Under the pieces are notes generated by a model. The model ran no database searches. It saw nothing but the letters and a program-made list of their open reading frames with translations, and was not told the DNA's origin. Shown in pieces: positions 10,811 to 20,176 of a DNA stretch of 64,000 nucleotides (its first letter is position 1; every line of letters starts with the position of its first letter). This DNA comes from Candidatus Binatia bacterium (GTDB lineage Bacteria; Desulfobacterota; Binatia; UBA9968; CAXXLF01), in the NCBI GenBank assembly GCA_963664015.2, contig CAXXLF010000001.1, positions 1,152,001 to 1,216,000 of the forward strand. Direction: 5' to 3'. Both the position numbers and the translations under genes were made by a program.

Positions 10811-12106
10811 TCAGCCTCTCTCACTCATGGGCACGAAGGAACGGTTATCCGCTCCTTCGTAAATTTGTCTAGGCCGGGCAAGCTTCTGTTCCGAATCGAG
10901 CAGCATCTCTTCCCATTGGGCGATCCAACCGGATGTCCGACCGATGGCAAATAGTACAGGGAACATGTCCAGCGGAAGCCCCATCGACTGGTAGATGAGC
11001 CCAGAATAAAAATCCACGTTGGGATAGAGCTTGCGTGTGATAAAATAGTCGTCTTCAAGCGCGATTCGTTCCAATTCGAGGGCGATATCCAGGAGTGGAT
11101 TGCGGCCCGTGACCTCGAAAACCGAGTCTGCCGTCTCCTTGATGATCTTGGCCCTGGGGTCATAGTTCTTATAAATCCGGTGGCCAAAACCCATGAGTCT
11201 CCCCTCTCCTCCCTTCACCTTCTTAATGAAGTCGTTGACCTTATCCTTGGACCCGATTTCCATGAGCATACGCAGGACCGCTTCGTTGGCCCCTCCGTGA
11301 AGAGGGCCGTAGAGAGCCGCCGCAGATGCAGCGAGAGAGCAATAGGGATCCACCTGAGAGCTCCCCACCCCACGCATCGTGTTCGTGCTACAGTTCTGCT
11401 CGTGATCCGCATGCAGGATGAACAGCACGTCCATGGCCTTCTCCAGTATCGGATTGGGTTTGTATTGGAGCTCGGTCATCTTGAACATCATGTTGAGGAA
11501 ATTACCCGGATAGCTGAACTCGTTGTCCGGATAGGCGTAAGGAAGACCCAGGCTATGCCGATAGGCGTAAGCAGCCAGAGTCGGCAACTTCCCAAGTAGG
11601 CGGTAGGTCTGGATCCTGCGTGATTCGGCGCTGAAAATGTCTTTTGCATCAGGATAAAAGGTCGAGAGGGCCCCGACAGCACTGACCAGCATCCCCATAG
11701 GGTGTGCGTCATGATGAAAGCCGTCCATAAACTTCTTCATGCTCTCGTGGACCATCGTGTGGTTGATCACATTCCAACTCCACTCCTCTAACTGGGGGCG
11801 AGTTGGGAGCTCGCCTGCAACGAGAAGATAGGCGGTTTCCAGGTAGCTGCTCTTCTCTGCCAGCTCTTCTATGGGATAGCCCCGATAACGTAAAATGCCC
11901 AGATCCCCATCGATAAAGGTAATTCGGCTTCGGCAGGAGGCCGTATTCATGAAGCCGGGGTCGTAGCTCATCAGGCCAAAATCGTCGTCGGACACCGTTA
12001 TCTGGCGCAGATCCGTCGCGTTGATGGTACCGTCACTTATCGGGATCTCATAACTCTTCCCGGTGCGATTGTCCTTAATTATCAGTGTGTCAGATGCCAT
12101 AGTCAT
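10811..12106 (-). CDS. gltA: Citrate synthase
   Basis: HADHEQN, GPLHGGANE, MGFGHR, YPNVDFYSG. Confidence 0.97.
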   Translation of the reverse strand: MTMASDTLIIKDNRTGKSYEIPISDGTINATDLRQITVSDDDFGLMSYDPGFMNTASCRSRITFIDGDLGILRYRGYPIEELAEKSSYLETAYLLVAGELPTRPQLEEWSWNVINHTMVHESMKKFMDGFHHDAHPMGMLVSAVGALSTFYPDAKDIFSAESRRIQTYRLLGKLPTLAAYAYRHSLGLPYAYPDNEFSYPGNFLNMMFKMTELQYKPNPILEKAMDVLFILHADHEQNCSTNTMRGVGSSQVDPYCSLAASAAALYGPLHGGANEAVLRMLMEIGSKDKVNDFIKKVKGGEGRLMGFGHRIYKNYDPRAKIIKETADSVFEVTGRNPLLDIALELERIALEDDYFITRKLYPNVDFYSGLIYQSMGLPLDMFPVLFAIGRTSGWIAQWEEMLLDSEQKLARPRQIYEGADNRSFVPMSERG

Positions 12107-12194
12107 TCTCCCCTGCCTAACTCCAAGTATACATTTCGAATCGAACTATTTTTTAGACCATCCTATCCTACCAGTCAACTTGCCCGGCCAGTGA

Positions 12195-12653
12195 CTACAC
12201 GCTGTCCGGATGCAGTGCCCATTGGATCTTCCAACGAGCCTTCTCTTGGCTGAGACAAACAACGGTTCCCGTTGAAAAACTAACCGCCTCGGCGCCTCCA
12301 TTGCGATTCACCAGGAGAGAGAGGAGCTGCTCAAGATGCGGTAGATGGCCGACCAATATCAGTGGCCCCTCTTCAGTTTCCACCTCCTCCTTCGCTAGCA
12401 AAGGATCGTCTTCGGGTGCTAACCCACTGATTTCACTGACACCTTCAGAAGGGTGAAGGGTGCTGGCCAGGATCTCGGCAGTTTCCTTAGCTCGGAGTTT
12501 TTCCGAATGTAGGATCCGCATCGCCCTCATCCCCTTTTTGACAGCGGCGCGCGCAACCCGCGCTACCTCTTCCCGCCCTTTTTGACTCAAAGGACGCCGT
12601 GGGTCCTTACCATCCGATTGGGCCTTTCCATGCCTTACTAGATACAATTTCAT
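12195..12653 (-). CDS. sixA: Phosphohistidine phosphatase SixA
   Basis: LVRHG motif, RAKETA, LVGHLP. Confidence 0.9.
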   Translation of the reverse strand: MKLYLVRHGKAQSDGKDPRRPLSQKGREEVARVARAAVKKGMRAMRILHSEKLRAKETAEILASTLHPSEGVSEISGLAPEDDPLLAKEEVETEEGPLILVGHLPHLEQLLSLLVNRNGGAEAVSFSTGTVVCLSQEKARWKIQWALHPDSV

Positions 12654-12712
12654 ACGCTACGATCTAACCTCAAACGATCACCCGGACCCCTACCAAAACG
12701 CAGGGTCCAGTC

Positions 12713-13267
12713 CTAGCTCGTAAAAGAATGGTTCTTCAGAAATACGTCGGCATCCTCTTTGCTGAAAAAGACCAGACCAACCTCTTTTATCGTTATTGCC
12801 GCGACCAGCGATTCCTCAATGGCCTTGGAAGCGACTCGGGCTGCCTCATCCTGAGGGTATCCGTAGATCCCTGTAGAGATTGCCGGGAAGGCCACGGTGG
12901 TGAGGCCTTTTTTCACCGCAAGGGCCAGTGAGTTACGGTAACAGTCCGCCAATTGTCTTGCCTTGTCCGGACCTCCGCGGGAGTAAACCGGACCCACCGT
13001 ATGAATGACAAACCTTGCCGTCATCTTTCCTGCCGTAGTGATCACCGCCCGCCCTGTCGGTAACCCATCCGAATACTCGCTTCGTCTTATCTCTTTGCAT
13101 TCGGCCAGGATATCCTTCCCACCGGCACGGTGAATAGCTCCATCCACACCACCACCACCCATCAGGGAGCCGTTGGCGGCATTGACAATAACATCGACCG
13201 CTTCTTCGGTGATATCTCCTGCTTTGACCACGACACGACCACCCGCGAATCGTTTGAGTTCCCCCAT
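12713..13267 (-). CDS. Macrodomain protein (YmdB-like O-acetyl-ADP-ribose deacetylase)
   Basis: GDIT, VNAAN, GGGGVDGAIH, HTVGP, STGIYGYP. Confidence 0.92.
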   Translation of the reverse strand: MGELKRFAGGRVVVKAGDITEEAVDVIVNAANGSLMGGGGVDGAIHRAGGKDILAECKEIRRSEYSDGLPTGRAVITTAGKMTARFVIHTVGPVYSRGGPDKARQLADCYRNSLALAVKKGLTTVAFPAISTGIYGYPQDEAARVASKAIEESLVAAITIKEVGLVFFSKEDADVFLKNHSFTS

Positions 13268-13484
13268 GAGTAACGGTTCCTTGCTTCTATGAATCGGTTC
13301 GTCTCATTCTTGATTGGGGATAATCATTATAATGACGCAATTCCCATACCAGTCGAAGTCAGAGATCTTCCCGCTGACCATACGAGAGACTAGCAAATAA
13401 ATGGCTGGCTTTTTAGATTTGAGCAAGCGAGAATGTGCATCGTATCTAAATTTCAAGTCCATTGGGGGCACAGGGGGGAACAGT

Positions 13485-14849
13485 ATGGAAGCCGTATTCA
13501 ATTTAATTGGAGTCGTCAATGCCTTTGTCTGGGGTTATCCTATGATGATCCTACTCATCGGTACCGGATTTTGGCTCACCTTTGGAACCCGAGTGGTACA
13601 GGTGCGACAATTCGTGCATGCTTGGCGTCTAACCCTGGGAGGCGCCTTCCGCCGCGAAGCCCCATCCAATGCAGCTACAGGAGACATCACTCCCTTTCAA
13701 GCGTTGATGACGGCACTCTCGGCTACGGTTGGTAACGGCAATATTGCAGGGGTGGCAACAGCGATTGCCCTGGGCGGTCCTGGCGCCCCCGTCTGGATGT
13801 GGCTTACCGGTCTGGTTGGAATGGCAACCAAATACGCAGAAGCGCTCCTGGGAGTTAAATATCGGGAGAAGGCGCCCGATGGGACCATGTCCGGAGGCCC
13901 CATGTATGCGTTGAAGAACGGTCTCGGCAAACACTGGCTTGGCTGGATCTTCGCGCTGTGCGGCGCCATCGCAGCACTGGGTATCGGCAACATGGTCCAA
14001 GCCAATTCTATTGCCTTGGTCTTTCGCACAGAGATGGGTGTTCCAGTCTGGATCACAGCCGTAGCGCTAGCACTGCTCACATGGCTCGTAATCATTGGCG
14101 GTATCAAGCGAATTGCTACGGTGGCCGAGTTTCTAGTACCGATCATGTGTGTGGCCTATTTCCTTGGTGGGATTGTAATCATCATTGTAAAAAGCGCCCA
14201 GATCCCCGCCGCATTGAGTTTGATTTTTCGGACCGCCTTCAAGGGACAGTCTGCAGTGGGGGGATTTGCTGGGGCGGGGATTGCCCAGGCACTTCGCTAT
14301 GGGGTGGCGCGAGGGATTTTTTCCAACGAGGCGGGAATTGGTTCTGCTGGCATCGCCCATGGCGCCGCCAAGACCACGTCCCCCGCACGCCAGGGTAATG
14401 TGGCGATGCTGGGAGTGTTTATCGATACATTGCTGATCAACACCATCACGACACTGGCCATTGTCCTGACCGGGGCGTGGTCCACTGGCCGCACTAGCAC
14501 ATCTCTCACCGCCCATGCCTTCAGCTCCGTCCTGGGCAATCTGGGAGCCTGGATCGTTACCTTCGGCTCAGTGACATTCGGTTATTCTACACTCCTGACC
14601 TGGTCCTACTACGGTTTAAAATGCACGGACTATCTCTTTGGGATCCGCGCGTCGCTTCTGTACCGGTGGTTCTGGTGCCTGGTCATCGTCATCGGCGCGC
14701 GCTTTGCTGACGATGTTGCAGGTGTTAAGTTTATCTGGAATTTCGCAGATACGGTGAACGGCGCCATGGCCATCCCTAATCTAATCGGGCTGATCTGGAT
14801 GAGCCGGACAGTCTTCCGTGAGACCAAGGACTATAATGCAATTAATTAA
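13485..14849 (+). CDS. Sodium:alanine/glycine symporter (AGCS family)
   Basis: TVGNGNIAGVA, GGPGA, GGPMY, FSNEAGIGS. Start is probably ATG 13485. Confidence 0.92.
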   Translation: MEAVFNLIGVVNAFVWGYPMMILLIGTGFWLTFGTRVVQVRQFVHAWRLTLGGAFRREAPSNAATGDITPFQALMTALSATVGNGNIAGVATAIALGGPGAPVWMWLTGLVGMATKYAEALLGVKYREKAPDGTMSGGPMYALKNGLGKHWLGWIFALCGAIAALGIGNMVQANSIALVFRTEMGVPVWITAVALALLTWLVIIGGIKRIATVAEFLVPIMCVAYFLGGIVIIIVKSAQIPAALSLIFRTAFKGQSAVGGFAGAGIAQALRYGVARGIFSNEAGIGSAGIAHGAAKTTSPARQGNVAMLGVFIDTLLINTITTLAIVLTGAWSTGRTSTSLTAHAFSSVLGNLGAWIVTFGSVTFGYSTLLTWSYYGLKCTDYLFGIRASLLYRWFWCLVIVIGARFADDVAGVKFIWNFADTVNGAMAIPNLIGLIWMSRTVFRETKDYNAIN

Positions 14850-14893
14850 GCGCCCAGGTTGTATTCCTAAGCTAGAGTAATTTTTTTCAGGCC

Positions 14894-15601
14894 ATGATTT
14901 ACCAGACCAGAAGCCCCATGATCGGCGGAGGAAGCGTCACCCCTGCGGTCAAGGCATTGCTCATCATCAACGGGGTTGTCTTTCTCATCCAAAGCTTCCT
15001 GGACCGTAGCGTATTTATCATCTTCGGCCTCGTTCCTTTCCTGGTTTGGGAGGAATATTACCTCTGGCAGCTCTTTACCTACCAGTTTCTTCATGGCGGG
15101 CTCTTCCATCTTTTATTCAATATGCTGGCTTTGTGGATGTTCGGCTGCGATCTGGAGCGACGTTGGGGAACCGCTTTTTTCCTCAAATACTACTTCGTTT
15201 CCGTGATAGGCGGTGCGTTACTCAACACGGCTTTCTTGCCTTTGCAAATCGTGCCCAGTATCGGGGCTTCAGCGGGAATCTACGGCATCCTGCTTGCCTA
15301 CGGTCTGGCCTATCCCAATCGGACGATCTATTTTTACCTTCTCTTCCCAATCAAAATGAAATATTTCGTGCTAATCATCGGTGGGATTTCTCTTTATTCC
15401 TCCCTGACGGCTAGCCATTCGGGCATCGCCCACATGGCCCACCTGGGAGGGATGGCCTTTGGCTACCTCTATCTACGGTGGGGCTATTTCCTGGGCTGGG
15501 TAAACATCACCATCGATCGCTACCTTCTGGCTCGCCGAAAGCGTCGCTTGCGTATCATTGACGGTAAGAAAGACGACGACTCCAAGCCCACACTTCACTA
15601 G
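14894..15601 (+). CDS. Rhomboid family intramembrane serine protease
   Basis: HLLFNM, GASA (GxS) and AHLGG motifs. Confidence 0.9.
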   Translation: MIYQTRSPMIGGGSVTPAVKALLIINGVVFLIQSFLDRSVFIIFGLVPFLVWEEYYLWQLFTYQFLHGGLFHLLFNMLALWMFGCDLERRWGTAFFLKYYFVSVIGGALLNTAFLPLQIVPSIGASAGIYGILLAYGLAYPNRTIYFYLLFPIKMKYFVLIIGGISLYSSLTASHSGIAHMAHLGGMAFGYLYLRWGYFLGWVNITIDRYLLARRKRRLRIIDGKKDDDSKPTLH

Positions 15602-15637
15602 ACCTCCGTCGTACGATCTCTGAAGCTAGGGACAAAT

Positions 15638-15873
15638 CTATTCCGGGGGCAAGGACGACACGATTTCAACCAGTTTGGTCCTAGAGGTCTCGCCCCGCAG
15701 GATTTTTACACAAACTTGGGTACGGAGAAATATGTCGCCAGCGCGCCAATCAGCGCCTGGTTGGCCTTTCCCTCCCGAGCGGGCGCACGGACGGATACGA
15801 TGAATTCACCTTCCCCGGTCATTTGGACCTCTTCGCTCTTGGACTGTGCCACCACACGAACTCGGATCTTCAC
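15638..15873 (-). pseudogene. DUF167/YggU family protein, frameshifted (not in ORF track)
   Basis: MKIRVRV...VRAPAREGKANQALI..LA.YF.VPK continues after a 1-nt shift as VKILRGETSRTKLVEI; premature TAA at 15706-15708. Confidence 0.75.
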
Positions 15874-15911
15874 GATGATTACAACCGGGTCCGGCTCCGG
15901 TTAGATTTGGA

Positions 15912-16184
15912 CTAATCGAAGGGGAGGCGATGTTTCTTCTCGCTATTGCACTTCTTGCAGCTGGCGACAAGGTTCCCTTTCGTGCTCTTTCCACCGCGAG
16001 CGATAGGGACTAGGTGGTCCATGGTCAGTTCCCGTGGCAAGAACATTTCGCCACAGTGATGGCATACACCCTTGGACGTTTTGCGTTTCCACCACTGGCT
16101 CGAACGCAGCTCCTGCGCCTTCTTGCGCTCGCGTTGTATTTCCTTGTCGCTCACGGGGACTAGAAAGCCTTCAGGATGGTTCAT
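15912..16184 (-). CDS. Small HNH endonuclease family protein
   Basis: CHHC, DHLVPIARGG, NLVASCKKCN. Confidence 0.9.
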   Translation of the reverse strand: MNHPEGFLVPVSDKEIQRERKKAQELRSSQWWKRKTSKGVCHHCGEMFLPRELTMDHLVPIARGGKSTKGNLVASCKKCNSEKKHRLPFD

Positions 16185-16211
16185 TCTGGCATATATTCCG
16201 AAGCACCTTGG

Positions 16212-16403
16212 TTACTTGAGCCATTTCTTCAACGACCGTAGATAAACGCCGAATCCCACCGCAACCGTAAAGTAAAGAAGGACACGGACGAGGCCCCAGG
16301 AATCTCCGTCAGTCGGAATTCGGGCGAATTCCCAAACTACAAATCCAAGAAAAAAAACGACTGCCGTTGTAATCAGAATTTTATGAACCGTGAGCAAAGT
16401 CAT
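16212..16403 (-). CDS. Small two-TM membrane protein
   Basis: Two hydrophobic helices; packed between two co-oriented genes. Confidence 0.7.
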   Translation of the reverse strand: MTLLTVHKILITTAVVFFLGFVVWEFARIPTDGDSWGLVRVLLYFTVAVGFGVYLRSLKKWLK

Positions 16404-16420
16404 GAGTCATCCATTCCCGC

Positions 16421-17443
16421 CTAGCCGTTGGAAAATCCTTGCTGCCACCGGGGGAGGGCTTCCGAATTAAGGACATGGGCGGGGGGACTCCCTTCCAAAA
16501 GCGAGAGAATAGTTTTGATGGCCATCCGGTGCCCCAGATCACGGCTGATGATGCTATTTCCGATGATATGGGGCGTCAGGATTAAACGCGTGGGGTCCAG
16601 CGAGCGCAGAGGGTCGTCCATAGGGAGCGGCTCTTTCTCGAATACATCCAGGGCCGCTCCAGCAATTACATTCTCTTTGAGGGCTGAGGCGAGTTCTTGC
16701 TGATCGATCGTGCCTCCCCGTGAGGTGTTCACCAGAAAGGCACTGGGCTTCATCAACCGGAGTGCCCGGCGACCGATCAGGTGTCGGGTTTCCGAATTTA
16801 GGAGCATATGGATCGAAACCACATCCGACTGACGCATCACTTCCTCCAGCGATGCCATCTCCACGCCAAGTTTTGCCATCTCATCACTTTGTACATACGG
16901 ATCACAGGCCATAAGCCGCACCCCCCATCCCTGAAGACGCTTGGCCAACTCCTTGCCTATGCGTCCGAGTCCAACCAGCCCAACGGTCTTCCCCATGATC
17001 AGATCGCCTGTATTCTTCTCCTTCTTCCACCCGCCCGTTCGGATATCCTCCTCGTTGAGCTTGAGTCGTTTGATCAGGGCCAGGATGAGACCGACCGTGG
17101 CTTCGGCAACACCAATATAATTCTCCGGAACAGGGCTGTTACAAACAAGAATGCCTAACTCGGTAGCGGCTTTAATATCGACATTTTCAACTCCAATAGA
17201 GGCCTTGACGACCGCACGAAGGTTCCGGCACCCCTTCAATACCGCACGGGTCACCTGTTCGCGGGTTGAAACCAGCAATAGATCCGCACTCCCAATAAGG
17301 TCAATAAAGGCCTCGGGTCCATAAAAATGTTTAGAAAATCGCTCAAAGGATTTCCCCAGAACGACCTCGTATCCGGCGGCCCGGAACTCTGCCTCGACCC
17401 AAGGTCTATCGGTAGGACCGGAAATACATATTTTGTTTGCCAT
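16421..17443 (-). CDS. D-isomer-specific 2-hydroxyacid dehydrogenase (SerA-like catalytic and NAD domains)
   Basis: GLGRIG, NTSRGG, ALDVFEKEP, TPHI. Start is probably ATG 17443. Confidence 0.88.
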   Translation of the reverse strand: MANKICISGPTDRPWVEAEFRAAGYEVVLGKSFERFSKHFYGPEAFIDLIGSADLLLVSTREQVTRAVLKGCRNLRAVVKASIGVENVDIKAATELGILVCNSPVPENYIGVAEATVGLILALIKRLKLNEEDIRTGGWKKEKNTGDLIMGKTVGLVGLGRIGKELAKRLQGWGVRLMACDPYVQSDEMAKLGVEMASLEEVMRQSDVVSIHMLLNSETRHLIGRRALRLMKPSAFLVNTSRGGTIDQQELASALKENVIAGAALDVFEKEPLPMDDPLRSLDPTRLILTPHIIGNSIISRDLGHRMAIKTILSLLEGSPPAHVLNSEALPRWQQGFSNG

Positions 17444-17564
17444 GGACAGGTGAATTCCAAATTTCAGCGAAACCAGTTTAAAGATTCTATCCTCAAAAAA
17501 CCACAACCCCCACGCGGGTTCAAGTCCTGAGGGGTTAGCCCCTATGCAGGTTAATACTACCGGT

Positions 17565-17886
17565 GGGAGACAGCCCTGGCGACAAGTACGCTCCTCGGGG
17601 ACCGAGCCTCCAGGCCTTGGCAATAGGTCCGTGAATAACTGAAGTGCGGTATCGGATTCCTTCGGCCTTTCGCCTCAATCCCATTCGGATCGACTCCAGC
17701 GGGTAAAAGGGTCCGGACCCGCTTGGATTAGCTGAGAACTGAAGGCTGACAACTGATAGCTAAACATTAGGCGACCGCAGAGGGGGACAGCCCCCGAGCC
17801 CGTGCTCCTTGGGAAACGAATCTTCGGGCGCGCACTCATCTTCATTCCCCTCAGCACATTGAACTCAGGCGAAGGAGGCCGGTCCC
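17565..17886. repeat. Two copies (one partial, one complete) of the intergenic palindromic element separated by heptamer repeats
   Basis: 17782-17886 is bounded by GGGGGACAGCCCCC and GGAGGCCGGTCCC; 17621-17657 matches 9295-9332; 17730-17765 matches 9481-9502. Confidence 0.65.
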
Positions 17887-17895
17887 GTTAGCGCC

Positions 17896-17923
17896 TTGCG
17901 ACCGGGAGAAGACGTATTATAAT
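17896..17923 (+). promoter_or_regulatory. Putative sigma70 promoter of ridA
   Basis: TTGCGA-N16-TATAAT. Confidence 0.55.
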
Positions 17924-17969
17924 TGTTAGGATTTCAGCCTATGATCGAATTCGAAAGAGGAGAATAGAT

Positions 17970-18350
17970 ATGAGTCGAGAGGCAGTGAATACAGATGCCG
18001 CGCCCAAGGCCATTGGACCGTACGAGCAAGGGATCAAGGCCAATGGATTTCTCTTTACCTCCGGTCAGATCGCCCTCGATCCCAAGAGTGGAAAACTGAT
18101 TGAGGGTGACATCACGGCACAGACGAGACAGGTGTTTCAAAACCTGAAGGCGGTTCTGGAAGCGGGGGGTTCATCGTTGGACCGGGTGGTCAAGGCAACT
18201 GTGTTTATCAAGGCAATGAGTGATTTCCCGACCATCAATGGGGTCTACCAGGAGTATCTTGGCGCCTCAAAGCCGGCACGTTCTACAGTCGTAATCGTCG
18301 ACTTACCCAAAGGAGCCTTGATCGAGATTGATCTGGTCGCACTCACCTGA
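17970..18350 (+). CDS. ridA: RidA/YjgF/YER057c family enamine deaminase
   Basis: APKAIGPY, SGQI, PARS, LPKGALIEI; strong GAGGAG RBS. Confidence 0.92.
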   Translation: MSREAVNTDAAPKAIGPYEQGIKANGFLFTSGQIALDPKSGKLIEGDITAQTRQVFQNLKAVLEAGGSSLDRVVKATVFIKAMSDFPTINGVYQEYLGASKPARSTVVIVDLPKGALIEIDLVALT

Positions 18351-18495
18351 GGCAAGTTCAACCAGCGTCAATCCACAAAACGGGCCAGCGACAACCCATT
18401 AGGCGAGAAATAGTGAAAGTGAGCGGTAAAGGTGCCTCCCCCTGGGTGATAATCCTGGAAAAGGCGTAAGGACTAAGTACGAACGAGTCGCATGG

Positions 18496-19941
18496 TTACT
18501 TCTGAGCGACGAGGGAAAGCATCTCATCATCGCCGGGAAATTTATACTCCTCTACCTTGCGTTTAACGGCCTCCGCCTTCTCTTCAGCCTCAATTCGTTC
18601 CAGATCCTTCTTGGAGATGTAGGCAACTCCCCTGCTTTTCAAAAGCTTCTCAAAGAAATCCACTTTTTGGGAAACCTCAGCCGATGAAAGACTTGCACCG
18701 ACACTCACGTAGGCATCGACAATCTTAGCCCCCTTCTCCGCATCTTTTCTAGGTTCTGTTACTTTTTGTGAGATTTCGTTTTCCGCCGGGTCCCCGTTGG
18801 TAGCCAGGAATTCATTGATCACCTTAGCACCCCGCTCCGCATCCTGCTTCGCAATCCCGACCAGACCGACGCTTGCATTGCGCGACCACCCGATCAAAAA
18901 GATTCCCGGACAAACGGCCTTCTTTTGCGGATCATAGGACTGGTATTGGGCAGGGTTCGGACTGCCGGGTAGCTCTTCCGGGTTAGCAATGAAGTAGCCG
19001 CGGGAACTGGGGATCCCGATAGCCGGGTCTACCTGATCGCCAATGGCATAGATGACAGTGTCCACATCTAATGGCAGGAATTTCCCCGTGCCTTTGGGGG
19101 AGGTTCGTCCATCCTTGAGAAGCAATTCGTTCTCCTCGACCTCCAGTGAGGCAACCTTGCCCTCTGGGTTGGGAATAACCTGATGGGGCGAGGAAAGGTA
19201 ACGGAACTTGAGACGTTGGCTCGATGGCGCATCTTCTTTCCCTTCAACCAATGCCTTCATAAATTCTGTTGTGTCCTGACCGACGGCCTTGAGCCTTGGC
19301 TCGATCCGCTTCAACTCCTCTTCCAAATCCGCCATATAGAGGAAAGGCTGTACGTACTCAAATTCCTTGTCGTCGTACGCCTTATCCAGTGGGCCCCGGC
19401 GTGCCACCACGAACACCTCACTGACTTCCTTGAAACGCAGGAGCCAGTGGGCGATATCAACCATCACGTTACCCATACCGATGATGGCGACCTTATTCCC
19501 GATTTCGAATTTTTGCTGGCTGAAGGGCGGCAGGCTGTTGTAATGGTACACCACGTCCTTGGCGTGGTAGACCCCAAGACTGTCCTCTCCTGGAAGTCCG
19601 AGCTTCTTGGTTCCCTGGGCGCCAGCGGCAATCACGATGGCCCCTGGCAGCATTTCTTGTAACGTATCGAGGTTGACCGCCTTGCCTTCTCCAACGCCCA
19701 CGTGCCCGAAGTAGTGCAACTTGGGGTGTGCAAGGATTTTCTTGAACTGCTTACGCAAACCATCCTTCATTTTGTACTTGTTGAGAAAGATCCCATATTC
19801 GGCCAGACCGCCGGGCTTGATGTCCCGGTTGAGCAGGAGGACCGTATGTCCCGCCTCCAGGAGTTTGCGCGAGGCATAAATACCAGCCGGACCGGCCCCA
19901 ACCACTATCACCAGATGCTGATTTCCATCGGACTCTGCCAT
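18496..19941 (-). CDS. FAD-dependent ferredoxin/adrenodoxin-NADP+ reductase-like oxidoreductase
   Basis: GAGPAG FAD motif, PGGL..YG, IIGMGNVMVD NADP motif, ARRGP, GW motif. Confidence 0.8.
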   Translation of the reverse strand: MAESDGNQHLVIVVGAGPAGIYASRKLLEAGHTVLLLNRDIKPGGLAEYGIFLNKYKMKDGLRKQFKKILAHPKLHYFGHVGVGEGKAVNLDTLQEMLPGAIVIAAGAQGTKKLGLPGEDSLGVYHAKDVVYHYNSLPPFSQQKFEIGNKVAIIGMGNVMVDIAHWLLRFKEVSEVFVVARRGPLDKAYDDKEFEYVQPFLYMADLEEELKRIEPRLKAVGQDTTEFMKALVEGKEDAPSSQRLKFRYLSSPHQVIPNPEGKVASLEVEENELLLKDGRTSPKGTGKFLPLDVDTVIYAIGDQVDPAIGIPSSRGYFIANPEELPGSPNPAQYQSYDPQKKAVCPGIFLIGWSRNASVGLVGIAKQDAERGAKVINEFLATNGDPAENEISQKVTEPRKDAEKGAKIVDAYVSVGASLSSAEVSQKVDFFEKLLKSRGVAYISKKDLERIEAEEKAEAVKRKVEEYKFPGDDEMLSLVAQK

Positions 19942-20042
19942 GAATGAAACACTCCCTTTTATATGAGATATTGTTTTTGTAAACCGTCGCTTCGGGACCC
20001 GCCGGATATGAGGAGAAAATCCTGCCTACACCCGAATAGACA

Positions 20043-20067
20043 GGAGGGACGAGTCTTTCGTCCCTCC
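20043..20067. terminator. GC-rich hairpin, possible terminator
   Basis: GGAGGGACGA-N5-TCGTCCCTCC, perfect 10-bp stem. Confidence 0.5.
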
Positions 20068-20112
20068 CTTAAGATTACCTAATTTTATAGGCAATTTATA
20101 GTGATTAGAAGG

Positions 20113-20137
20113 GGGGAGCGGTAACGAACCTCTCCCC
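20113..20137 (-). terminator. Hairpin just after the cupredoxin-like gene
   Basis: Minus strand GGGGAGAGGT-TCGTT-ACCGCTCCCC followed by a pyrimidine tract. Confidence 0.4.
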
Positions 20138-20176
20138 GACCCAAATCCCAATCTATGAGAGAACCGGTGGCAACCG

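Noticed and set aside
13268-13484. Glycine riboswitch upstream of the alanine/glycine symporter
   Set aside because: No GGAGA...CCGAAG...CTCTCAGG aptamer pattern was found
15912-16184. HNH protein as a mobile or defence element
   Set aside because: It is a stand-alone 90-aa HNH in an ordinary gene run with no intron, methylase or repeat context
17512-17545. GGGTTCAAGTCC resembling a tRNA T-arm
   Set aside because: No acceptor stem, D-arm or anticodon arm can be built around it
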